Part shown: positions 26,528 through 35,915 of the stretch, piece by piece
Numbering within the stretch: position 1 is the first letter of the stretch
Layout of the letters: every line of letters begins with the position of its first letter
From: a virus
Taxonomy: Duplodnaviria; Caudoviricetes
Direction: 5' to 3' (one strand)
IMG/VR virus record: IMGVR_UViG_3300022178_003431
Coordinates: 1 to 45,526 of that record
Length of the DNA stretch: 45,526 nt
Translations under genes and position numbers: made by a program
The notes under the pieces: model-generated
What the model saw: only the letters and a program-made list of their open reading frames with translations
The model's database searches: none
Told to the model about the DNA's origin: nothing

Positions 26528-26593
26528 TAACTTTTTTGAAAATAATTGAAAAAAGTTGAAAATAAATTTTTTTCTTTTTTTTGAAAAGAAGAA

Positions 26594-26940
26594 GCGCGCG
26601 TGCGCGTGCGTGCGTCGTACGCGTTACGTGCGTTGTGCGTACGCGTGTGCACGTGTGTGCACCTGCATACGTGCACCTGCATACGTGTACGTGTGTGCGT
26701 GTGCGTACGTACACGTACGTGTGTGCGTGCGTACGTGTGTGTGCACGTGTGCGTACGTGCGTGCGCACCTGCATACGCGCGCGCTCGTGCTCGCGTGCGT
26801 GCCCGCGCCCCTGGGCGTGCGTGCGTACCCGGCCGAGCGCGCGCCACGCGTCACCCGCGGCCGTACGCGCGTGTCGTACGTGCGCGTGCGTGCGCGTGCG
26901 TATACGCGTGTGCGTGCACGACGCGCGTACGTAGGCGTGC
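26594..26940. repeat. Alternating purine-pyrimidine tract (Z-DNA-prone)
   Basis: Mostly GC/GT/AC/TA alternation, aperiodic; GCACCTGCATACG at 26659, 26673, 26765. Confidence 0.92.
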
Positions 26941-27085
26941 CGGGGGAAAAACGAAAATGTCGATCATATCATAATGACCAAAAATGTGTTTGTGGCTTTT
27001 TTACACTGTATTCGTGTGTACACCCCTGCGATTTAAAATCATAATATTATCTTCATATTATTTCAAGTTACTGTCGCTATGCCTA

Positions 27086-27114
27086 TTGACTTTATATTAT
27101 ACATAGTGTATCAT
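27086..27114 (+). promoter_or_regulatory. Sigma70-type promoter for packaging/virion operon
   Basis: TTGACT-17-TATCAT. Confidence 0.68.
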
Positions 27115-27237
27115 TATATGCATCGTGAAAGATCGATCAGCATAGCAATCTATCTAATTGATCTATAAACTTAGCTACTCTAAAAGGCCTTATATCACAT
27201 AGCACCAGCTACCAAGCTAACGCTACCCTGACATACT

Positions 27238-27450
27238 ATGGATTACTTTAACTTAACAAAACAGGATCTACAGCAACTGTTGCCTTACCAAAGGGTAATG
27301 TACGATGCTGCCAATAATCCTGTTACGTTACCATATATGCCTAAGGCACGTAGAGCAGGCAAGGGCGAACTTCGTGTAACCTTAATGGACAGACAAGCTT
27401 ATGAACTAATGCAGACAGAAGCAGGACTGGATAACGATGAACTTATCTAG
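27238..27450 (+). CDS. Hypothetical protein
   Basis: 70 aa, contains LLPYQR and RRAGK; weak RBS. Confidence 0.5.
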   Translation: MDYFNLTKQDLQQLLPYQRVMYDAANNPVTLPYMPKARRAGKGELRVTLMDRQAYELMQTEAGLDNDELI

Positions 27451-29335
27451 TACCAATACGCTACACCCTGACCACACAGCAGAGTATGCGCCTCTGCTCC
27501 AGTACACCTTGTGTTTTAACCCAGCTGACTCAGCTACTCCAAATAGTCCACTGGTTGTGTCTGGCCAGGCTCCAGGTACTTCACCACTGGAGGTGGATAC
27601 TAAAGGTTTTTCTCGTGTTCCCCTTGAAGTATCCACACCAACCGTTAATGAAGCTAATCTTGCAGGTACTGCCGTAGATAAGGTTCCTCCTATCCCTGAA
27701 ACTACGCAAAACCATTTCACCAAAGCATCTTTAACGGATACAGACACCCCTCACGGGGTTGACGATTTACCCGATTCTTTCCCTGAATCTCCTCCGGCGA
27801 CTATGAAAGCTACGTCGTCACTTAAGTCTGAAGCTAATGTATTGAGACTACCATACGGGCTAGACCTTCGGGACTATCAACAGCCCGTATGGGACTATTT
27901 TATGCAGGATAAGCCAGGCTTAAGAGGCCAGACTATATGGCCTAGGCGGAATGGAAAGGACTTAGTTGCATTGAATATCCTTATAGCTAAGGCTATTCAA
28001 CGAGTTGGCTTATACTTGTATATAGGTCCGCTACACACCCAAACGAGGCAGATAGTCTGGTTGGGTGGTACAAATGAAGGTAGGAAGTTCTTAGACTTCT
28101 TCCCTCAGCAGTTAGTGGCTGCTAAAAGAAACAGCCAAATGGAGATTGACTTAGTCAATGGTTCCATGGTTAAAGCTGTAGGCAGTGATCAGTATGATAG
28201 TTTAATGGGCCTTAATGTTATGGGTGCTATCTTCACTGAGTACTCTCTACAGCGTCCAGAAGCTTGGGACTATATTCGTCCTATGATGGCGGCTAATGGT
28301 GGATGGGCACTGTTTAACGGTACACCTCGTGGTATGAATCACATGTACGTTATGAGTGTAATGGCTCAGAAAAACCCTAAGTGGTTCTATCAATATCTTA
28401 CTAGAGACGATACAGGCTATCCTACTCTAGAGGCTATTGAAGAAGATCGTAGGGCTGGCATGAGAGAGTCTCTTATAGAGCAGGAGTACTATTGTTCCTG
28501 GACTGCTTCTACAGAAGAAGCTTTCATACCTCTTGACATTGTGGCACCAACTACTAAGCCTGATGCTGTCCTGTCACGTAAAGCTTATGAGCATGCACCT
28601 AGAATACTAGGTTGTGACGTTGCATACGCTGTCAAAGGTGATAAAGCGGTTATATCTTACAGACAAGGTAGAAAAGTTCATTGGCTTAGAGGTTATCAGG
28701 GAATGGATAATATGGCCTTTGCTGATGAAATTGTGCGTTATATTAAAGTCGTTAGACCTCATGCAGTACGTATTGATGCTGGTCGAGGTGAAGGTGTTAT
28801 TAGTAGACTATATCAGCTAGGTTACAGCCATCTGGTAGAGGGAGTTCACTTCAATGGTAAGGTATACAAAGAAGGTATAGCTGACATGAAGGCTCTCATG
28901 TGGATAAGGATGCTAGAATGGTTTAAAGATACCAACATTCCTGACTTGTCGGGTATAGCTGAGCATCCCGAGACTAACGAGCTTGACGTTGTTGAACAAC
29001 TAGTTACTGAACTTACTACTCCTAACATGATACGTGACGAAAAGAACCGTGTCAGAGTGGAACCTAAGTCTTCACTTAAGAATAGAGGCCATAGGTCTCC
29101 AGATTTCGCTGAAGCTTTAGGCTTAACATTCTCGGAAGAAGACGAGAACATTCAAACTGATGGAGCTCTTTCACAAGAGTTGATAGACTTAGGTGTTACT
29201 GCAGAAATGCTGGAACTAGCTCAAGCAAGTAAGGCTGCTGAAAGCTACAATCCTTTAACATACATGCAAGACTTAGAGTCTGGTCAGTCATACGATAACA
29301 ATGGTGCATTCGAGTCACGATATGGATTCAACTAA
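27437..29335 (+). CDS. terL: Terminase large subunit
   Basis: LRDYQ, WPRRNGKD, AIFTEY, NGTPRG, QEYYC, GCDVA, SPDFAEAL; start may be 27803. Confidence 0.95.
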   Translation: MNLSSTNTLHPDHTAEYAPLLQYTLCFNPADSATPNSPLVVSGQAPGTSPLEVDTKGFSRVPLEVSTPTVNEANLAGTAVDKVPPIPETTQNHFTKASLTDTDTPHGVDDLPDSFPESPPATMKATSSLKSEANVLRLPYGLDLRDYQQPVWDYFMQDKPGLRGQTIWPRRNGKDLVALNILIAKAIQRVGLYLYIGPLHTQTRQIVWLGGTNEGRKFLDFFPQQLVAAKRNSQMEIDLVNGSMVKAVGSDQYDSLMGLNVMGAIFTEYSLQRPEAWDYIRPMMAANGGWALFNGTPRGMNHMYVMSVMAQKNPKWFYQYLTRDDTGYPTLEAIEEDRRAGMRESLIEQEYYCSWTASTEEAFIPLDIVAPTTKPDAVLSRKAYEHAPRILGCDVAYAVKGDKAVISYRQGRKVHWLRGYQGMDNMAFADEIVRYIKVVRPHAVRIDAGRGEGVISRLYQLGYSHLVEGVHFNGKVYKEGIADMKALMWIRMLEWFKDTNIPDLSGIAEHPETNELDVVEQLVTELTTPNMIRDEKNRVRVEPKSSLKNRGHRSPDFAEALGLTFSEEDENIQTDGALSQELIDLGVTAEMLELAQASKAAESYNPLTYMQDLESGQSYDNNGAFESRYGFN

Positions 29336-29906
29336 ACACTACAACGCGTTAATAGACAAGCTAATTTCTACTGGCTTGTGTAACTGTTACTTGATAATGC
29401 CTATGAAGGCTATACCTCAAGAAAGAGTACTTGACTATTTTACTGACTTGCATAACGCAGACCTGTTACATGACAGATTTGCTGACAGCGAGTTGGCTGA
29501 CGGTCCTACTATTCAAGACACATTGGGACTTGTAGACAGTCCAACTAACTTTGCAGTCGTGGATATAGTATCTAAAGAAATTGTTGCTGAATTTATGCTA
29601 AGCAACTTCGTAGGTAAGGCAGCTCAAATACACTTTAGCTTACAGCCTGGCTTGTCTTTTGTTGAAAAAGTAGAAATAGGTACTGAAGTAACTAACCAAA
29701 TACTACTTAACTGGAAAGATGTTAGCAGATTACCTGAAAGCTATATTGACACTTTATACGGGTTAAGCCCTGTAACTAATAGGCCTTCATGCATATACGT
29801 ACGTAAGCTAGGCTTTGAAAGATTAGGTATATTACCGAACAGCGCTGCGTATAAAGGCAGCATCGTGGATTCACTAGTAACTACAAAGGTAGCTTCAAAT
29901 GGGTAA
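29301..29906 (+). CDS. GNAT-like acetyltransferase
   Basis: AQIHF and GLSP..N.PS....RKLGF...G.L motifs. Confidence 0.68.
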   Translation: MVHSSHDMDSTKHYNALIDKLISTGLCNCYLIMPMKAIPQERVLDYFTDLHNADLLHDRFADSELADGPTIQDTLGLVDSPTNFAVVDIVSKEIVAEFMLSNFVGKAAQIHFSLQPGLSFVEKVEIGTEVTNQILLNWKDVSRLPESYIDTLYGLSPVTNRPSCIYVRKLGFERLGILPNSAAYKGSIVDSLVTTKVASNG

Positions 29907-30483
29907 AGGTTCTAAACAACAGGCCGCTCCTGTATTACCAGACCAGCCGATAGGTCCTTCTTATATAGTCCCTGACTTTAAATTTGACATGCCTGACTTT
30001 TCTGCAGACTTTGCTGCGTCTCAGGCTGCATCTCAAGCTGCTGCAGATAAAGCTGCGGCTAAAGCTGAAAAGGCTGCACAGCGAAGAGAGCGTGATGACT
30101 TGTACAGTGGGTACTTGGATGCTGCAAGTTCTGCTACAGACCACATAAACAGCTTAATATCTCAGGAACAGTCGAATGCAGACTTACTAGGTATTGACTA
30201 CAAGATTGATGAAGCTAGTAAGTCTACTAGAATCAGTAACTATTTTGCAACTATATGGAACGACGGTGATCAACAGAGACTTGAAGGCTTATTTAAGAAA
30301 GCAGGAAAACCAAAAGGTTTCGATGGCTTCGCAATTACGGCAGGAGATGCTTCTGCGGCTGATGGGAAGCCTAATAAAACTGCTGATAAAACGGTGTCTA
30401 CATCCGGAACCAAAAAACGAACAGGCTCCATTGTAGGCGATGAAGAGGAAACTCTTGCAACTAGTTCTTTATTAGGTCAGTAA
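29899..30483 (+). CDS. Putative virion protein
   Basis: Starts MGKGS, ends TSSLLGQ; between TerL and portal. Confidence 0.6.
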   Translation: MGKGSKQQAAPVLPDQPIGPSYIVPDFKFDMPDFSADFAASQAASQAAADKAAAKAEKAAQRRERDDLYSGYLDAASSATDHINSLISQEQSNADLLGIDYKIDEASKSTRISNYFATIWNDGDQQRLEGLFKKAGKPKGFDGFAITAGDASAADGKPNKTADKTVSTSGTKKRTGSIVGDEEETLATSSLLGQ

Positions 30484-30485
30484 TT

Positions 30486-30842
30486 ATGGGTAAAGGATCA
30501 AGCGCACCAGCACCGCCTCCTGTAGACACTACAGCAGACGACATGGCTATGCAAAACATGATGAATGCTATGACTCAAATGATGGGCCAGTCTCTGACTG
30601 CCATAAGTAGTGCTCAACAAGGTATGATGCAGACTATGGCCAGTAACACTCCTCTTCCTACTATTATAGAGGAACAGGAAATAGACTGGACTGATAGAGC
30701 CAATCAGCTACGTAATAAAGCTTCAGCAGATTACCAGAAAGATTTAAGACAGAAACATGGCAGAAGTGACACAGTTTTGACTTCCCCACTACTGGACTTT
30801 GAGTCTGCTGAAGTTACATCTTCTCTATTGACAGGCGAATAA
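30486..30842 (+). CDS. Putative virion protein (pre-portal type)
   Basis: MGKGSSAPAPPP...GRSDTVLTS...TSSLLTGE directly before portal. Confidence 0.65.
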   Translation: MGKGSSAPAPPPVDTTADDMAMQNMMNAMTQMMGQSLTAISSAQQGMMQTMASNTPLPTIIEEQEIDWTDRANQLRNKASADYQKDLRQKHGRSDTVLTSPLLDFESAEVTSSLLTGE

Positions 30843-32563
30843 TGACTAATTTTGCAGATAAATACAGCGTAGAAAAAGTCCTACAGATACATCAGGACTT
30901 ACGCAACGATCGCTCCGAATGGGAGGCCGAATGGCGTAAGATCAGTGACTGGTTGCTTCCAGGACGCGGTATTTACCAAACTTATACTAAGCCTCCTAAA
31001 CGAAAGCTTACTAATAAGAACATTATTAACCCAGCTGGGGAAGATGCTCTAAATGTATTGGTATCTGGGCTGTATGGCCGTATGTCGTCTCCTAGCATGC
31101 CTTGGTTTAAGTTCACATGGCCTGCTCATTTGCAAGGTATAGAACCATTAGTAGCATGGCTGCAAGAAAGTCAAAAATTAACTAATGCAGGTATGTTATC
31201 TAGCGGCTATTACTCTGTTCTTGAGGGCTTTTACACAGAATTTTGCGGATATGGTACAGCTTCTGACTACACTGGTAGTGATTCAGACGATCCTCTTATC
31301 CCTTTTAACTTTGAGCTCCTAACTGCAGGCGAGTATTGCTTCGCTAAGACCAAGGCTGGTGCTACTGATTCATTCATTCGTACGTTGTTCATGTCTCAGA
31401 AACAGCTGGTTGACGAATTCGGTGCTGATAAAGTAAGCGATTCTACTAAAAAGGCTGTAAATGAAAACATAGCAGGCATACATAAGGTAGACAGAGCAGT
31501 AATAGAGTTAACTGTTAAAGACACTTACAAAGACAAACCTTATGGTAGAGTATTTTACGAAGTCACGGGTGCTGATAGCGCTAATCGTTCCCCTAGGCTA
31601 CACTCTGTGCCTTTACGTACAGACGGTTTTTACGAATGTCCGTACACTGTTTCCACTTGGGGAAAGATTGGACAAGATACCTACGGTGTAGGTCTTGGTT
31701 CCAGGTCTATACCTGACATACGACGATTACAGGAAATGGAGAAGGCTTTCTTGATGGCTACACATAAGTCTATTGAGCCACCTTTGAATGCACCTGCTAA
31801 AATGAAGGGCAAACTTAACTCACTTCCTGGAGCTAAGAACTATTACGCTAATCCTGCGGAAGTTGTTACACCTTTGTACAATGTTAATTTTGACTTCTCA
31901 GGTGTAAGTGCTGCAGTTCAAAGGGTAGAAGAACGTATTCAACGAAACTTCTTTAATGAAGTGTTCTTGACTGCTTCTAGAGACCCTAATGCTTCACCTC
32001 TTAAGGCAGCCCAGGTACACAACACTCAATCTGAGCAGATGTATAGGCTAGCTCCTGTAGTTGAGAAGCTCTATATGGAAAAATTTACTCCACAGCTTAA
32101 ACGATGCTTTAACATAATGCTTCGTAAAGGCATGTTTCCACCATTAGATCCTGCTCTTGCTGAGCTGGCTGAAGACTTCAGTGTAACATTAGTAAGCCCA
32201 CTGGCTACTTCCTTACTCACGTTGCAAGGTCAGAATACAGACAAGTTCATGAGTTACGTTGGAGCTATGGCACAGTTTGATCCTGAGGCTATTGACAATG
32301 TAAACATAGATGAGTCTATAGCTGAAAGAGCCCGTATAGAAGGGGTGGACTATGGGGTGTTACGTAAGTCTGACGACCGCGATGCCATACGAAAGAACAG
32401 AGCTGCTATGCAACAGGAACAAGCTCGTAAAGAAGAAGGTATGCAAGCGTTAGAACGTGGAGGTGTTATCAACAACCAGGACGCTAACACTAAAAAATTA
32501 AATGCAGAGTCTGGTGCTATATTGGCAGAGACGTTTGCAACAGCTAATACGTTACCAATATGA
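30842..32563 (+). CDS. Portal (head-tail connector) protein
   Basis: R..WE..W..I...LLP, L..GL....SP..PWF, YG.G, RI...FF, L.PV..L..E, SPL; 573 aa. Confidence 0.93.
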   Translation: MTNFADKYSVEKVLQIHQDLRNDRSEWEAEWRKISDWLLPGRGIYQTYTKPPKRKLTNKNIINPAGEDALNVLVSGLYGRMSSPSMPWFKFTWPAHLQGIEPLVAWLQESQKLTNAGMLSSGYYSVLEGFYTEFCGYGTASDYTGSDSDDPLIPFNFELLTAGEYCFAKTKAGATDSFIRTLFMSQKQLVDEFGADKVSDSTKKAVNENIAGIHKVDRAVIELTVKDTYKDKPYGRVFYEVTGADSANRSPRLHSVPLRTDGFYECPYTVSTWGKIGQDTYGVGLGSRSIPDIRRLQEMEKAFLMATHKSIEPPLNAPAKMKGKLNSLPGAKNYYANPAEVVTPLYNVNFDFSGVSAAVQRVEERIQRNFFNEVFLTASRDPNASPLKAAQVHNTQSEQMYRLAPVVEKLYMEKFTPQLKRCFNIMLRKGMFPPLDPALAELAEDFSVTLVSPLATSLLTLQGQNTDKFMSYVGAMAQFDPEAIDNVNIDESIAERARIEGVDYGVLRKSDDRDAIRKNRAAMQQEQARKEEGMQALERGGVINNQDANTKKLNAESGAILAETFATANTLPI

Positions 32564-32826
32564 CACCTGAAGAAAGAGAAGAGTTAGCTCTTCATGAAAA
32601 CTATAGGGACTGCCTAAAGAGCGGTTCTGCTTCTGCGGTGTTATGGGACATCCTAAGCATGTGCGGTATTTACGACACAATGTATGGTACCGAAAACGCG
32701 CAACTTAATAGGCAACTAGGTCGACGTGAAATCGGCTTAGAAATACTGGCTAAGCTAGAGGACGTAGATCCTACAGCTTATCCTACAATGGTAATAAAAC
32801 ATATAAAGGACAACACTGATGACTGA
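32560..32826 (+). CDS. Post-portal conserved protein (Bbp19-like)
   Basis: VLWDIL..CG and GRR.IGL.IL; synteny. Confidence 0.72.
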   Translation: MTPEEREELALHENYRDCLKSGSASAVLWDILSMCGIYDTMYGTENAQLNRQLGRREIGLEILAKLEDVDPTAYPTMVIKHIKDNTDD

Positions 32827-33487
32827 TATACAAGAAAATACTGACGACACTCCTGCTACTGACGCTACTACTGACGCTGCTGCTACTGACGCTGCTGCTA
32901 CAGATGTAAACGCAGCAGCAGCAGACACTGATTCTAAGACAGCAGACGCTGATGCGGCTACTGACAAAGATACTTCGGAGGCCCCCGCCGATCAAGACGC
33001 AGCGGCTACAGACGATTCGGCCCCACAGCCGGATGAACGTGTGGTACCTGCGGTTGATGACTATACCCTACCGGAAGGCATGCCTAAACATATTGCCGAA
33101 TTTGCACACAAGAACGATATGACTCAAGCTCAACTTGACAACACTCTTAAGACGTTTGCAGGTATTACTGCTGCGGCTGGGGAGAGTGAGAAAGTAATGC
33201 TACGACAGCAGGGTGAGGCTCATGTTAAATCTTGGGGCGAAGAAGGCGGTTACAAAATGGCATTAGCAAAACAGGCTTTAGCTCTTAATGACCCTGACGG
33301 GAATCTAAAAGCTTTGCTTGACAGTACTGAGTACGGAAGCCACCCAGCTGTGCTGGACTTCTTTGTTTCTTTAGGTAACGACCTAAAGGAAGGCGGCTTT
33401 ATAAAGGGATCGGCTTATACCAATCCTGCTAAACATACCGCTGCTCAAAAAATGTTTGGCAATTCACATCCTAGTAAATCTAACTGA
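32819..33487 (+). CDS. Capsid scaffolding protein
   Basis: Acidic TDAAA repeats, Y.LPEG, WG, G.HP....F..LG; precedes MCP. Confidence 0.8.
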   Translation: MTDIQENTDDTPATDATTDAAATDAAATDVNAAAADTDSKTADADAATDKDTSEAPADQDAAATDDSAPQPDERVVPAVDDYTLPEGMPKHIAEFAHKNDMTQAQLDNTLKTFAGITAAAGESEKVMLRQQGEAHVKSWGEEGGYKMALAKQALALNDPDGNLKALLDSTEYGSHPAVLDFFVSLGNDLKEGGFIKGSAYTNPAKHTAAQKMFGNSHPSKSN

Positions 33488-33498
33488 GGTAATTTTAA

Positions 33499-34527
33499 AT
33501 GGCTTATACCCCATATAACGGCGGGGAACTGCCGAATCTGATCAACGTTACTAAACGACTTGATCCAGATGGTTCCATCGCTTCTATTGCAGAACTGTTG
33601 ACACAGGCTAACCCTATTATGGAGGACATTCCTCTTGTAGAAGGTAACTTGCCTACTGGTCACCGTACTACAATTCGATCGGATACTCCTACACCTACCT
33701 GGCGCAAGCTGAACTATGGTGTACGTCCTACGAAAAGTACTACCTCTCAGGTAGACGACAGCATCGGTATGCTGGAAGACTTTGCAGAGGTTGATAAAGA
33801 CCTTGCAATGTTGAATGGCAACACTGCTGAGTTTCGTATGTCAGAAGACAAGCCTCATATTGAAGGCATGTCTAACACCATGGCGTCTACTCTGTTCTAT
33901 GGCGATACTGATACAAACCCTGAGCGTTTCTTAGGTCTTGCTCCTCGCTATGACACCCTGGCCTTGGCTACAAAGCCTAGTGCAGTACAGCCGTCCACCA
34001 CTTACTTACCTAATGTAATTGATTTTGGCGGTTCTGCAGGCGACATGACAAGCTTATGGTACATTGTTTGGGGCGAAGACACAGTACATGGAATCTTTCC
34101 TAAAGGTTCTACTGCTGGCTTACAGATGAACGATCTTGGTGAAGTAACCCTTACTGATAACGATGGCGGCCGCTTCCGTGGTTTCCAATCCCATTACCAA
34201 TGGAAAATGGGCATGTGTATCCGTGATTGGCGCTACATTGTTCGTGTAGCTAATATCGACCTGGCTCAGCTTGATGACGCTACTCACCAGAAACAGCTGT
34301 ATGCTAGCATGATTAAAGCAATGCACGCTGTTCCTGCAGGTGGTCGTGGTCGTGGTGTGTTCTATTGCGGAGCTGCTGTTGCGGCTATGCTGGATCTTGC
34401 TGCTGTCGAGAAGACAAACGCCGCTCTTGGCATGACTGAAGTATTCGGTCAACAAATAATGTCCTTCCGAGGACGCCCTATACGCTCTTGTGATGGTATC
34501 CTAGAAACCGAAGCTCGAATCGTTTAA
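33499..34527 (+). CDS. Major capsid protein (BPP-1/epsilon15 type)
   Basis: ELL.Q.N.I.ED, TGHRTT.R, WRKLN.GV, VDKDLA, F.GL.PRY, DWRY.VR.ANID, FRG.PIR..D.IL.TE. Confidence 0.95.
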   Translation: MAYTPYNGGELPNLINVTKRLDPDGSIASIAELLTQANPIMEDIPLVEGNLPTGHRTTIRSDTPTPTWRKLNYGVRPTKSTTSQVDDSIGMLEDFAEVDKDLAMLNGNTAEFRMSEDKPHIEGMSNTMASTLFYGDTDTNPERFLGLAPRYDTLALATKPSAVQPSTTYLPNVIDFGGSAGDMTSLWYIVWGEDTVHGIFPKGSTAGLQMNDLGEVTLTDNDGGRFRGFQSHYQWKMGMCIRDWRYIVRVANIDLAQLDDATHQKQLYASMIKAMHAVPAGGRGRGVFYCGAAVAAMLDLAAVEKTNAALGMTEVFGQQIMSFRGRPIRSCDGILETEARIV

Positions 34528-34544
34528 TCTAACGGAGATATATA

Positions 34545-34895
34545 ATGTTGTTAGACAAAGACACTCTATGGGCTGATTCGTTAGCCCATAACGGAACTCC
34601 AACAACCCTGAACCTGGGTAATGCTAAATCCGGACCTGGACAACCGATCAAATGCTTCATTAGTGTTGAAGCAGCTCTGACAGGTTGTACTGGTGCTATA
34701 TTTTTGCATGACGCCGATGGTGACGCCGATGAGCCTTTAATGACTCTTGACGAATCCATTTTCGCAGCTGTTGGCACTTATGAGTTTTACCTTCCTGCTT
34801 CTTGTAAGCAGTATGTGGTTATCGACCTCGAAGGTACTACTTCGGCTGGCGTTTACTCCGCTGGTATTGTATCAGACGTTCAGACTAACGTCTAA
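34545..34895 (+). CDS. Capsid cement protein (Bbp16-like)
   Basis: MLLD start, G.G.P, C-terminal G..SAGIV; follows MCP. Confidence 0.72.
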   Translation: MLLDKDTLWADSLAHNGTPTTLNLGNAKSGPGQPIKCFISVEAALTGCTGAIFLHDADGDADEPLMTLDESIFAAVGTYEFYLPASCKQYVVIDLEGTTSAGVYSAGIVSDVQTNV

Positions 34896-34904
34896 GTAAA
34901 AAAC

Positions 34905-34929
34905 TGAGTGCCTTGTAATGAGGCACTCA
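34905..34929 (+). terminator. Hairpin after capsid genes (weak terminator/stabiliser)
   Basis: TGAGTGCCT-7-AGGCACTCA; poor U-tract. Confidence 0.55.
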
Positions 34930-34948
34930 ACTACTTTGGAATAATACG

Positions 34949-35284
34949 ATGAATAAATATGCATGTGTTAGAGACTGCCAGATTCGATTGTCTGCCAAGT
35001 CCAGCATACGTTATATCCTGGCTGATGAAGTTGTTACAGCTGAGGAGAACCCTAATGAACGCTGCTTTAGACTAATAGGCGCTGAAGAAGTAAACTTCGG
35101 TGCAGCTAAAGAAGAAGAGTTAATGTCGTCTAAGTGGCGAGCTAGCGACCTTGTTAAGTTTGCGTCTGAAACATATTCTATTGACATAAAATATGATGAC
35201 AAGACGTCCAAGTCAGAACTAGTTGCTGCTCTGTTGGATGCTAGATTTAGACATGTAGACTCCACGCATATCCCTACCTCTTAA
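34949..35284 (+). CDS. Hypothetical protein
   Basis: 111 aa; C-terminal helix-loop-helix-like segment. Confidence 0.7.
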   Translation: MNKYACVRDCQIRLSAKSSIRYILADEVVTAEENPNERCFRLIGAEEVNFGAAKEEELMSSKWRASDLVKFASETYSIDIKYDDKTSKSELVAALLDARFRHVDSTHIPTS

Positions 35285-35297
35285 TAGGTAATAGCAA

Positions 35298-35915
35298 ATG
35301 GCTTATTCAAAAGTTAGTATTAGTAACATGTCCCTAGCATACTTCGGTGTTGATAGTATAAGAGCCATGGATGAAGACAATAAACGAGCACGTCTATGCT
35401 CTGTATTCTTTGATCCACTACGGGACTTACTTCTACAACGATTTGATTGGCCATTTGCACGTGGCTTCATAAGACTTCAGCAACTTGCTGAAGACTTTAA
35501 CTACCCTGATAATGTGTCAGTGTATCAAGTGCCTAATGACTGTGCAGCCTCTCGTGACATATGGCCTCGTGGCGGCAGAGACGACTGGGAAGTTGTAGGT
35601 AACACAATACACTGTAGGCTAGACGCTGTTTACTTGTACTACACTAAACAGATTCAAAATCCTGCATTGTTTTCACATGGGTTTGTTCATATACTAGCCA
35701 TGTTAATGGCTACCAAAATAGGTATGCCTCTTACAGCAGACGCCCAGGCAGTAGCCGGCATAACTAGAGAGCTACCGTTCGAGATGAACAACGTGCTTGA
35801 GTCTGAAATGAACATGGGTAACGTGTACAAGGCATACAATGACGATCCTAACAAAGACACGTTTGTAAATCCAGATGAAATACTAGGATTTGTAGACACA
35901 GTGGTTAGAGTGTAA
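35298..35915 (+). CDS. Tail adaptor (tubular protein A, T7 gp11-like)
   Basis: I.N.SL...G...I, W.FA, Y..P.D, F...F...LA. Confidence 0.88.
   Translation: MAYSKVSISNMSLAYFGVDSIRAMDEDNKRARLCSVFFDPLRDLLLQRFDWPFARGFIRLQQLAEDFNYPDNVSVYQVPNDCAASRDIWPRGGRDDWEVVGNTIHCRLDAVYLYYTKQIQNPALFSHGFVHILAMLMATKIGMPLTADAQAVAGITRELPFEMNNVLESEMNMGNVYKAYNDDPNKDTFVNPDEILGFVDTVVRV

Noticed and set aside
26517-27044. Six overlapping R/A/V/C/T/H-rich ORFs
   Set aside because: Strict RY alternation cannot form stop codons, so all frames stay open; compositions are by-products, not proteins
32858-32905. ACTGACGCT(G/A)CT tandem repeats
   Set aside because: Encode TDAAA low-complexity scaffold linker; ordinary
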